Below are positions 23,330 through 34,630 of a DNA stretch of 64,000 nt, one piece after another. This DNA comes from Octopus sinensis (lineage: Eukaryota), in contig NC_043014.1 of the NCBI RefSeq assembly GCF_006345805.1, forward strand, positions 54,374,001-54,438,000, written 5' to 3'. The notes under the pieces were generated by a model. The model saw only the letters and a program-made list of their open reading frames with translations, was not told the DNA's origin and made no database searches. A program made the translations under genes and the position numbers. Every line of letters begins with the position of its first letter. Within the stretch, counting starts at the first letter, position 1.

Positions 23330-24310
23330 GACCAAAATCTGCCAGAAGAGAGATCAAAAATGGCATAAACAAACTGCTGCCATCACTAAATTCTTGTGTC
23401 TCTCCAAACGTAGTTGAGTCACCAGAGACAACTGTGGAATATATTCAACTTAAAAAATTCCTGAAACCACAGTTCGTTGAAAGCTTTTCTACTTTTTCGA
23501 AACTATTGTTAAGCGACATTCTTAAAAAGATTAAGGAAAAATCCAACATCTCTAATGCTGAAAGCTATCGATGATGTCACTGGAGAGCTCGTGGAATCGT
23601 GATGTTAATTGCTGGAACATTAATACCCTCATATACACATCTGCTATAACTCTTAAAGAACACCTAAGAGAAATCTACAGTATATATAGTAATGAAATTG
23701 CTAAGCAGAAGCAACCTAGATGGAAAACAAAACTAGAAGAAATCATCAACAATCTATGTTGCCATATTGGATGGCTAACCATGATAATAAGATGTAAGAG
23801 CAATAATGAGTTTAAACCTCATCAATTTCATCTTATGAACCAATTAACAAAACTGTATAGTGATTCTTCACACTGCACTCGTGAGGGTAGGTTAATTACT
23901 CTAAAACACAAACTCAGGGGTCTGGGTAAAAAATTTCACTACCACAGGCACATTTTTGGATGAGCCTGTGTAAATCACAGGTATGCTTCTAACCCACAGA
24001 CAGTATATAGAGAGATGAGGAAGGGAAATATTATCGTTAAGAAATCCCCTTTCCAAGAAGATCTTGAACCATTCTGGTTGAAAATCTGGAACAAAAAGAG
24101 GAATCTCAACCTCACTGAATCATGGCTAAATGCAGTAAGGAAAAAATACTGTAGCAGCATCAACAGTAAAACATGCAATTGACCAGGAAACTTTCAACCC
24201 CCACCAAAAAAAAAACCCAGCTGGAATTAATAACGACATTTACAATTGACATAGGAATGGAATTTGGTCAAAAGAAATATTCATATTTGGTTGTTGAATG
24301 AGGAAAATCA
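23330..24310 (+). mobile_element. Decayed R4/Dong-type (RLE) non-LTR retrotransposon ORF fragment
   Basis: Peptides INTLIYTSAITLKEHL, KQPRWKTKLEEIIN, NPQTVYREM...EPFWLKIWNKKRNLN..SWL and TIDIGMEFGQKK resemble R4-clade pre-RT and RT motifs (P.WK.RL; NP..FYR; FW..IW; DIGM.FG..KC). Interrupted by stops and frameshifts. Confidence 0.7.
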
Positions 24311-24312
24311 GT

Positions 24313-25124
24313 CCCCTAGAACTCTGCTGTGCATGCACAGTAAGATTTAAGGGTCGAGCTCACTTCCGCTGCTTACCGCAGTGCTTGGAAGGAAGGTGTG
24401 TAGCATGTGATTGTCGCATTGTCAATGACAGAGAAAGTTAAGCAGAGGATCTGCATCAAATTTCACCAAAAGCTTGGCAATACTTGCTCAGAGGCCAACG
24501 CAAAGTTTTCAAGAAGTTTTCATTGCTCTTGACACAATCAAGGAGATGTTGTGCAACTGAAATTCAAGTGTCTTTTTGGTCTGATGAAAGTAGTTTTGGC
24601 ACAAACTTGCCAGACATGCGTCTCATAACCAAATCCTCAGTGACAATGGACTGAACTGAACCGTAACCAATCTGCACATCCTCTGATAACCCACGGGTGG
24701 TGATTCAACGATTTCCCCTCACAGCAGCACGCATGTCTGCGATAATTTTCTCAGTTTTGTCGGTTGCGGGTCTTCCAGAACGTTCGTCACTATTGGCATT
24801 TTTTCGGCCATCTTAGAAACGTCTGAACCACTCGTTCACTCGTGTGTGGCTCATACACTCCTCCGCATGCACTTTCTGCAACTCTGTGCAGGCCTCTGAG
24901 CAGGTGTCGTCAGAGAACTTTCTCTGTCATAGTCAATGCGACGATCCCACGCTACACACCTTCCTTGCAAGCACCGCTGTAAACAGCAGAAGTGAGCTGG
25001 AACGTTAAAACTTAGTGCACAGCCACAGCAGGGTTCAAGGTCAATCTGTGCCAAGCGGTTTCACTCTGCATGTTTTAGCTTCTTTACTATGTCAACAGTC
25101 CGGATACTTATTGATCAGACCTTA
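24313..25124 (-). mobile_element. Mariner (Tc1/mariner) derivative with inverted 5' arms
   Basis: Minus strand: TIR-like TATAAGGTCTGATCAATAAGTATCCGGACTG, then a transposase N-terminus ...MSHTRVNEWFRRF*DGR...DERSGRP...KFVPKLLS. Plus strand 24425-24497 reads MTEKVKQRICIKFHQKLGNTCSEA, an inverted copy of the 5' end. Confidence 0.85.
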
Positions 25125-25449
25125 TATATGTATGTATGTCAATGTTTGTGTGTGTGTGCGTGTGTTTGTGTTTGTGTGTGTTCGTGTGTGTGTGTGATGC
25201 GTATACCACAAACACCCATACATCCATACATACCCGCACAAATACACACATTCACCCTCACTCCCTGACATTCATGTACGCACGGGCTCACACACACACA
25301 CACACACATATCAAGAAAGGGAGGGGCAGAGAGAGGGAGATGGACGGGCGATAAGTAAAAAGTAAGAATGGGTAACAGAGAGAGAGAGAGAAAATACACA
25401 GTGTGAGAGAGAGAGAGAGAGATACATGATATGTATATATATATATATA

Positions 25450-25873
25450 TAGGCGCATGAGTGGTTGTGTGGTAAGTAGCTTGCTAACCAACCACATGGT
25501 TCTGGGTTCAGTCCCACTGCATGGCACCTTGGGCAAGTGTCTTCTGCTATAGCCTCGGGCCGACCAATGCCTTGTGAGTGGATTTGGCAGACGGAAACTG
25601 AAAGAAGCCTGTTGTATATATGTATATATATATATATATATATTATATATGTATGTGTGTGTGTTTGTGTGTCTGTGTTTGTCCCCCTAGCATTGCTTGA
25701 CAACCGATGCTGGTGTGTTTACGTCCCCGTCACTTAGCGGTTCGGCAAAAGAGACCGATAGAATAAGTACTGGTCTTACAAAGAATAAGTCCTGGGGTCG
25801 ATTTGCTCAACTAAAGGCGGTGCTCCAGCATGGCCACAGTCAAATGACTGAAACAAGTAAAAGAGTAAAAAGA
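25450..25873 (+). mobile_element. SINE family A, full length
   Basis: Similarity to 6018-6425. Confidence 0.9.
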
Positions 25874-26341
25874 GTATATATATATCTCTATACGGACAGA
25901 ATTTCTTTCCGGCTTATGTTTTTTCATTACAACAATAAGAAAAACAACTCCAAGTATAAAAGTAAAGAAGTATATATACATGTGTGTGTGTGTGTGTGTG
26001 TGTTTAGACATACGTAAAATTATAATGTTTAGGAAACATATTAATAAATATTGATTTATTTTCGTGGACATGGCGACTGCTCTCCAAATGGAGTCAGTGT
26101 ATATAACTTCATCGTCCATTTTCTTACGCTCACTCATTACTTGGTAAACTATATTTCTATATTTCATTCCCTGCTTCGTACGCTAAATATACATTCCACG
26201 TTTCTATTTGAACATCTTCTATATCTGATATCATATATATATGTGTGTGTGTGTATATATATATATGTGTATATATATATGTATGTATATATGTGTGTAT
26301 ATATATATATATGTATGTATGTATGTACATATATATGTATG

Positions 26342-26378
<37 letters not shown>

Positions 26379-26425
26379 GTATGTATATATATATATGTAT
26401 GTATATGTATGTATATATGTATGTA

Positions 26426-26495
<70 letters not shown>

Positions 26496-26660
26496 CTGGA
26501 GTAAGCAAATAAATGTGAAACAAGGTGGAAAAAAAGAGTACTCAAATACCAGAGGTAGAGTAATATGCTTTATTTAAAAGCAGCAGAAATATAACAAAAG
26601 CTGTTACTCAGAGGATCACGTTCCCGACGTGCTTTTAAATAAAGTATATATATATATATA

Positions 26661-27050
26661 TACTCTTTTACTTGTTTTAGTCATCTGACTGCAGCCATGC
26701 TGCAGTAACACCGTGAAGGATTTTAGTTGAACAACACAACCTCCAGTACTTATTTTTAAGCCTGGCACATATTTTATCAGCACTTTTGCCGAACCACTAA
26801 GTTACAGGGACGTAAACGCACAGCACCAGTTCTCAATTGGTGGAAGGGAAAAAACATTGACAAATGCACACATGCAAACATACGTGTACACACACTCATA
26901 GATCAGATGGCTTCTTTCAGATGGGCTTCTTTCAGTTTCTGTCTACCAGATGCACTCACAAGGTTTTGGACAGCCTGAGGCTATAGTAAAAGACACTTGT
27001 CCAGGGTACCACGCAGTGGGACTGAACCCAGAAGCATGTGGCTGGGGACA
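26661..27050 (-). mobile_element. SINE family A, older copy
   Basis: Diverged reverse complement of the family A sequence. Confidence 0.75.
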
Positions 27051-27738
27051 AATATACATATATACATCCGTCCATACAAACATACATACCCAGTATGGTA
27101 GAAGCCATAGTCACTCATAATAAAAATGGAATACTGGTGGAATGTCCCAATGAAGACCTCAATAAACTACCTGCATCAGTTGTTAGTTGCTGAGACACTG
27201 AATCCTTTAAAACCTCCATGCTTCCTAAAATCCGCCAACACTTCACCTGATATCCCTCCTCCATACGCATGCACACATGTACATCAGGACTCAATCACTG
27301 TTCTCTTTCCTGACTTTTGTACATAATTCTATGTACTGCGCATTCACCTTTAATGAGTTGTAGTTCACCTGAGCATTGTATGCAATAATTTCATTATTAT
27401 TATTATTACATCAGATTCAGAATTCATCCACACAACTCAGGATCACAACACATATATTCACTGCAACACATTTGCTTTTCTACAACAGGGCCCTCGCTAT
27501 TTAACATTGTCCCAAAACAAATTGAAGAAAAAAAAAATCCTATCACCTGGATAAATTTCCTGAAGGGACCCCAAATAAATCAGTTATACCTGGGGACATC
27601 TTGGTCAACAACTCCCTACTTGAATGGGTCATGATACCACAAAACATGACCTTAAAATGAATAAACAGATCCTATCAACTGTTAAGTTAGACATGGCCTG
27701 GCCCAGTGATTGCGGCTGAAACATGATGTGTGCGTGCG

Positions 27739-27787
<49 letters not shown>

Positions 27788-27811
27788 TAATAGACGCAAT
27801 GCATGTCTTTA

Positions 27812-27868
27812 TGTGTTACTAATAGTTTCAGATGTTGATAAATACTTCTAACATATTCATCAGACACA
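27812..27868 (-). ncRNA. Minimal type I hammerhead ribozyme (antisense twin)
   Basis: Minus strand TGTGT-CTGATGA-ATATGTT-loop-AACATCT-GAAA-CTATTAG-TA-ACACA, with one stem II mismatch. Confidence 0.7.
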
Positions 27869-27993
27869 AACCACGTATCATAACGAAATAAAAATTGAAT
27901 GAAAGAAGAAACGCAAAAAGGTAAGAAAGTTTCCTTCTCAACTTATCCCATTTCTTCTCTCATTCAATTTTTAGTTCGTTCTGATATGTGGTT

Positions 27994-28050
27994 TGTGTCT
28001 GATGAATATGTTAGAAGTATTTATCAACATATGAAACTATTAGTAACACA
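27994..28050 (+). ncRNA. Minimal type I hammerhead ribozyme
   Basis: TGTGT-CTGATGA-ATATGTT-(13 nt)-AACATAT-GAAA-CTATTAG-TA-ACACA. The canonical core and stems I and II are present, stem III is a short self-complementary CTATTAG, and the GUA cleavage triplet ends at 28045. Confidence 0.8.
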
Positions 28051-28609
28051 TAAAGACATGTATTGTGTCCTTTAAATAATATTTATCTCGCACAAGTACT
28101 TGTTTTGTAGCTCTTAACATCACAGAACAGCACATTGTGTGTGTGCGCGGGTGAATGCACATGCATGTTCATGAAATAATTCGTAAGACTCGCCCAGATG
28201 TTTTGGTTACTACAGCTTATGAAGCGAATAAAAAATTATTAAGCAATTTAGATTAAGATCATTTCAAAGGAATGTGTTCTGTGGACACTTCATTTCATTG
28301 ATAAATAATGCTACAGTTGTTTCACTACAAGTTTTTTTATTTAACGTAAACAGCATAATACAATTAGTTTGATCGTGTAATGCGTTGCATAACTCCCAAC
28401 TCATCAGGCGACCGAGTAAAACAAGTGAGCAACAACCTCTTGGTTATTCAACAGATTATCAACAAATGATCTTCCTAATCTGAATGCCAACATTTAAGAA
28501 ATTTAAGGTGGGCGTGTCTCAGAGCTGTCAATCAAGGAGAGAAAGCAGAATAAAGTCGTAAACCAAGCACACACACATACTCACACATAGACACTCACAC
28601 ACACATATC

Positions 28610-28897
28610 TATATATATGTATGTATGTAATTGTATATATATATACATACATATATACCTATACATATGTATGTGTGTATATATGTATGTATATATGTAT
28701 GTATGTATATATGTATGTATATTTGTATGTATATTTGTATGCATGTATATATGTATGCATGTATATTTGTATGTATTTATGTATGTATGTATGTATTTAT
28801 GTATGTATATTTGTATGTATGTATGTATGTATATTTGTATGTATGTATGTATGTATGTATATTTGTATGTATGTATGTATGTATGTATGTATGTATG

Positions 28898-28931
<34 letters not shown>

Positions 28932-28965
28932 TGTATGTATGTATGCATGCATGCATGTATGTATG

Positions 28966-28999
<34 letters not shown>

Positions 29000-29021
29000 T
29001 GCATGCATGCATGTATGTGTG

Positions 29022-29055
<34 letters not shown>

Positions 29056-29069
29056 TGTATGTATGTATG

Positions 29070-29103
<34 letters not shown>

Positions 29104-29262
29104 TGTATGTATGTATGCATGCATGCATGTATGTATGTATATATGTATGTATGTATGTATGCATGCATGCATGCATGTATGTATGTATGTATGTATGTAT
29201 GTATGCATGCATGCATGCATGTATGTATGTATATATGTATGTATGTATGTATGTATATACAC
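28610..29262. repeat. (TATG)n / (CATG)n tetranucleotide array
   Basis: Directly visible, ~650 bp. Confidence 0.95.
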
Positions 29263-30954
29263 ATATGTATGTAAGTATGTATCCTCCTGTTACTGAAGCG
29301 TTACATATATACATGTATTTGATTTTAAACAAATGTTTCGTGGATAAACCTTTCATAAAATGACATTACATTATATTTGTTTTATTTTTCCCCTTTTATC
29401 TTTCAATGTGCCACGTGTCACCTCAACCCTGCGGTGAGTGACACCGCTGATAAGTGTGTCATAGATTTGCCATCACTCACCCTCCTCTTCTTTCCATTTT
29501 TTTTTCGGTTTGTTTTGTATCTATGTTTGTTTTTCTCATTAATTTGACCTGGAGGAAGGAGTCACAGCCTTGCGAGGCTCCGGCCACGACCCCTTCCTCC
29601 AAATCAAACTAATGATGCGGTTAAAGATTGTCTTAAATAACTACAAGTCAACAAAAGGAAGAAATAGGCAGAATGGTTCCTGGAATGGATAGAAGGATGA
29701 GAGGGGGCACAATATGAGCAGGTCGCACCAGCTAGAAATAGCAGTCAAATCTTCCTCATGTTACGCTGTTGTGAGAAAGGAAAAGACATTTTGCATGATG
29801 TCGTCCTAGATATACACTTAAAAAGACAGGGTGGTCATGACTGGAATTCCTTTGATCCACTCAAACATGACGTGGGATTGAGCAACAGCATCTTAATATT
29901 TAAACCATACACATTGTCTATTTTACATAGTATAACACCTCGCTGTGCCATACCCTGTATATCCCACATTCTGTACCACAGTGACTCTCAACCAATTTTT
30001 TTTTATCTGTTAGACCCCTTTGATTACTATTTCACTCTGATGGAAGCCCCCACCTAGTCTTTCAATGTTTGAAAACTAGTTTCATAGACGCTGCTTTCAA
30101 AATTCCTATTTTCTGCGTCATCCTTTCTCTTGTGCAGGTTTGCAATGGAACTCGCTGAGAGAACGTGTTTCAATCGCAGAAAGCCTCAAACTATGTAAAA
30201 CGTTAGAGAAAGAAAGAAAGCTGTTTGCTGCAATAATTACACCTAAAACAAAATGTTTTTCAGGGATACTTAAAATACAGCTGTGGATTCCAGTTTATTA
30301 TTTTGCTTGCTTTGCCATCAAAAAATCTGCTTGACAACAAGTGCTGGTGTGTTTACATCCCCGAAACTTAGCAGATCGATGGAATAAACACTAGGCTTAA
30401 AAAGAAAATAAATCCTGGGGGTCGATTCGTTCGGTGAAAAAAATCCTTCAAGGCAATGCCCCAGCATGGCCGCAGTCTAATGACCGAAACAAGTAAAAGA
30501 TAGAAAATAAAAGATACAATCCATTTGACGGGCTTCTTTACAGTTTCCCTTGAACTATTTTATTTACTCTAAAATGAGCCACGAGAAACAAAGAAGAAAA
30601 GATGTGAGAACCAGTTCTCTGTCCCTAAAAATAAAAGGTAGACACATTAGATAATGTATTCTTAGATACACTTAGTTTGAATAAATGACAAGATTGTCGT
30701 GACAAGAATACATTTCAGCGGTGGTCTACTCAATCACAACCAACTTGGGGTTAAACAACAGCAAAAACAATAATTCTTGTCAAGTCATGTTTTCCATGGC
30801 GATCACCGTGTAACACACCACATCGCACCACCACAATACACATAATCGGCAAAGCATTTATTTGCTGATGTCTACCAAACAGATAGGAATTCATGGAGTG
30901 CACGCAGGACAATGAGGATCCAGACTTGAATGAATTACAACTTAAGAAAAATAA

Positions 30955-31034
<80 letters not shown>

Positions 31035-31335
31035 CCTGCATCTTTTTGAATGGATTTACCTTCTCTGAGAAGTTAATAATCATTTTTTTAAAAACTGTGC
31101 ATTGTTGGAAAACATATAAAGTCTGCTTATTACTTTACTTCAAATTCATAGAACTCACTCCTAATACTTCATAAGGATATTTACACTCTTTAGGATGTTG
31201 GAAAACATATATGTGATTTAGCTGATGAATACTTGACATTATATTTGCTGAAATATTTGCAGCTTTAAATAAAATGTTCTTAGTATGAAACAATTGTACT
31301 AAACTACTAATCCATTCTTGTTACTTTTTTCTTGG

Positions 31336-31379
<44 letters not shown>

Positions 31380-31384
<5 letters not shown>

Positions 31385-31585
31385 AAATAAGAAAATGGAG
31401 AAATACATCTAAATCAAATATCAGTTACCAGATAATACTCAATCACATATTTTATTAAACCACTACATAAGAATCTATAAGGTTAAACAGTCTCTTATGT
31501 GGTGGTTTAATAAAGTATGTGATTGAGTATTATCTGGTAATTGATATTTGATTTAGATGTATTTCTCCATTTTCTTATTTTGTAT
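31380..31585. repeat. Inverted repeat (~95-bp arms) abutting (TA)n
   Basis: ATACAAAATAAGAAAATGGAGAAATACATCTAAATCAAATATC... versus ...GATATTTGATTTAGATGTATTTCTCCATTTTCTTATTTTGTAT. Confidence 0.9.
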
Positions 31586-31780
31586 TATGAATTTGTAGTA
31601 AATCATTTTACCTTTGCCCATATAATACAGTAAATGAATTGATTGCATCGCAATCCTTAACATTTATGTATTAACCTTGTTGGGTACTTCACTAGCAGTA
31701 TATTGGATATATGTTATCCCATGGAGGGTTGCATTTACAACCTCTATCTCAATTTGTATATATATATATATATATATATC

Positions 31781-31828
<48 letters not shown>

Positions 31829-31835
31829 TAGGTAA

Positions 31836-31876
<41 letters not shown>

Positions 31877-32094
31877 CAGACATACAGACAGACAGATAGA
31901 TAGAAAGATAGATAGCATCCTTGGTCATATTGTGATATCAGAAAGAGAAGCTGCATTTGTGAGAAAAGCAACTTCAAAAAGGTAATTGTAGACATTTTCT
32001 TAGTTTTGAAATGAGTTAAAGGACAGGATCCAAGTATTTTTGTGAATCTGGTCCAAGAATTAAGAAAAGAATTCTCATTTTCGTTTTGCTGATT

Positions 32095-32514
32095 TTCGCT
32101 TGCCTGCAAATGAATGAACTGGAGCCGTTTATTACCGCATTTGATGTGGACGTGAACAATGCATCAGAAAATTATCAAATGAAATTGATTGAAATGAAGC
32201 AGGACGACGACGAATTGCGATCGGAATTTCATTGGAAAGATGCGTCAGTGCTTGACTTCTGTAGGAAAATATATTCATCCAAGAGGGAATTATCCAAACT
32301 TAGCTATCCATGCAAAAAAAGTTGGCAATCATTGTTTGACCAGTAGTCGTCTGTATGGGCAATTATTTTCAAAAACTGAAGCTTACCAACAACCATTTGA
32401 GAACAAAATTGACCGATGCCTATTTGGCTAATGTCATGTTTATTGGCATCAAAAAGTCTGAAACTTAATATGGACGAATTTTCGAGCGACAAACAGCATC
32501 AAATTTCACAGTAA
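32095..32514 (+). mobile_element. hAT (Buster/Charlie/SPIN-like) transposase C-terminal remnant
   Basis: Frameshifted peptides YQMKLIEMKQDDDELRSEF, NYPNLAIHAKK, QLFSK, RTKLTDAYL and KQHQISQ* match the hAT dimerisation domain pattern (QMELI.LQ; YP.L...A; FS.MK; R.RLTD.HL; KQ.Q.SH). Confidence 0.75.
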
Positions 32515-32755
32515 TTCATCGGTTGTCTGCATTAAAATTCAATCATTTTCTTTTTTTATCCTAAAATTTATCACCATTCAAAGCATCCTGTTCGTTTTGA
32601 AGATTTGTTGTGTCTTTTGACAGATTCCAAAAACACTCTGATTCTGACTAAACCGACTTCTTTCAGTGGAAGACTTCAGAAATCAGGAAAACATTTTTTC
32701 TACAATGGGTTATTCATTTCAACACTAACATAAGATGTATTTCAAGAGATAATTC

Positions 32756-32756
<1 letters not shown>

Positions 32757-32824
<68 letters not shown>

Positions 32825-32826
32825 CA

Positions 32827-32857
<31 letters not shown>

Positions 32858-32985
32858 TATCATTATTATTATTGTTGTTGTTATTATTATTATTATTTTT
32901 CCATCTTTCTTCAAATTTTCTTCCTTTTCTCGCCGAGTGTTTTCCATACACCTAGGGCAGAGAAGCTCATTGTATGCATTCCCAG

Positions 32986-33039
<54 letters not shown>
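32757..33039. repeat. (ATT)n tracts, probably retroposon tails, flanking a short non-repetitive piece
   Basis: Two (ATT)n arrays are visible. The following ~33040-33400 is homologous to ~51215-51430, so it is an interspersed repeat. Confidence 0.75.
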
Positions 33040-33574
33040 GAGTGAGAGAGCAGTTCATGCCATCAAAGTGACACTGGGGTAAAATATACGAAACCCAATA
33101 TACCCATCATGATTACCCATCTGATAAAGGTACACCAGGCACATGCATCACAACCATATGTGCGCGACATGGTGATCTCATATCAAGATAAACAGCACAT
33201 GACCTTGCAGGTGGGGCCCCGTTAGAATTTTCTGCTGGTTGAGTAGCCCATCCTGCTCAAAAGGTCCCTGAATAAGGTTTGTTTAAGGATGATGAATGAA
33301 ACATCCATATTTCCAGAGGTGAATTCTTGAAACCCCAAAGAATTCCTCTCAGCCCACAGCTATGATGCTCCCCTACTTCTGCTCGTAGTCAGAGACGCAC
33401 AAATCTGCTCCTAAGGGACAATCCCAACTGGTTAAGCAACTTTCTATTGCATCATTTGTTGCACCTTTGTGCTTGTGGTGTGGTGCATTTTTGGGGGGTG
33501 GATATTGTACTGTATCACTATGTTTTGTCATGGGGTTTCGGTTTGAGTCTTCTGTTGTATTAGCTTTTGTATTA

Positions 33575-33975
33575 TTCTTTTATTCTTTTACTTGTTTCAG
33601 TCATTTGACTGTGGCCATGCTGGAGCACCACCTCTAGTCGAGCAAATCAACCCCAGAACTTATTCTTTGTAAGCCCAGTACTTATTCTATCGGTCTCTTT
33701 TTGCCGAACCGCTAAGTGACGGGGACGTAAACACACCAGCATTGGTTGTCAAGCAATGCTAGGGGGATAAACACAGACACACACACTTATATATATATAT
33801 ATACATATATACGACAGGCTTCTTTCAGTTTCTGTCTACCAAATCCACTCACAAGGCATTGGTCAGCCCGAGGCTATAGTAGAAGACACTTGCCCAAGAT
33901 GCCACGCAGTGAGACTGAACCCGGAACCATGTGGTTGGTTAGCAAGCTACTTACCACACAGCCACTCCTGCGCCT
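33575..33975 (-). mobile_element. SINE family A, full length
   Basis: Reverse complement of the family A sequence. Confidence 0.9.
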
Positions 33976-33997
33976 ATTGTGTTTTTTTTTGTGCAGA

Positions 33998-34192
33998 TTT
34001 TAAAGTTGCAACAGTGGTTAACATTAAGATTTTTGCTCCTTCATTACTTTTAACCTTTTCGTTAATCTTCTCAAGGAATTCAACAGCTTGGTTTGCATCA
34101 CTTATCTGTCTTACCACCTGGATTATGAGCTCAACCAAAGCCACAGAAATTATCTTATGCTCAAAATCTGATATAAACTTCACATATAATTT
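33998..34192 (-). pseudogene. PSMD13: 26S proteasome non-ATPase regulatory subunit 13 (Rpn9) fragment, probable processed pseudogene
   Basis: KLYVKFISDFEHKIISVALVELIIQVVRQISDANQAVEFLEKINEKVKSNEGAKILMLTTVATLK aligns by eye to PSMD13 (recalled human sequence [65 protein letters not shown]). It is bounded by TEs and by an A-run followed by a stop. Confidence 0.8.
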
Positions 34193-34310
34193 CTGTTTTT
34201 AGATTCCACATTCTTGTTACCTCTATTTCCAGGTCTTTGTATTTTGAAAGTTTCTCCATTTCTTTTAGAGAAACGTTGTCATCTGCTGGTATTGATACAC
34301 GGGCGTTTAA
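34187..34310 (-). mobile_element. R4-type LINE restriction-like endonuclease fragment
   Basis: VSIPADDNVSLKEMEKLSKYKDLEIEVTRMWNLKTEII matches the RLE C-terminal motif (V..P.D.N...KE.EK..KY.DL..E..RMW). Confidence 0.8.
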
Positions 34311-34404
34311 ACAGAGATCGATGTGCTCATTGCATTTTGCCACAAATGAAGAAACATGCCACAGTGTGTAGCAAGCATGTTCACAGAGTGGTTCTTTACC
34401 TTTA

Positions 34405-34630
34405 CGGCGGTGAGCTGGCAGAACCGTTAGCACGCCGGATGAAATGTGTAGCCGTATTTCGTCTGCCGTTACGTTGTGAGTTCAAATTCCGCCGAGGTCG
34501 ACTTTGCCTTTCATCCTTTCGGAGTCGATAAATTAAGTACCAGTTACGCACTGGGGTCGATGTAATTGACTTAATCCATTTGTCTGTCCTTGTTTGTCCC
34601 CTCTGTGTTTAGCCCCTTGTGGGTAGTAAA
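34405..34630 (+). mobile_element. SINE family C
   Basis: GGCGGTGAGCTGGCAGAACCG...GAGTTCAAATTCCGCCGAGGTCGACTTTGCCTTTCATCC...GCCCCTTGTGGGTAGTAAA. Confidence 0.9.

Larger units (their letters stand above)
27781..28082. mobile_element. Palindromic Penelope-like element carrying two hammerhead motifs
   Basis: Inverted arms of ~130 bp directly after (TA)n; each arm contains a hammerhead motif. Confidence 0.8.

Noticed and set aside
28378-28410. Minus-strand CTGATGA-GTTG...CAAC hammerhead candidate
   Set aside because: GAAA is replaced by GCAT and no stem I is found; at best a dead remnant.
32714-32951. Poly-Asn / poly-Ile ORFs
   Set aside because: They come from an (ATT)n tract.
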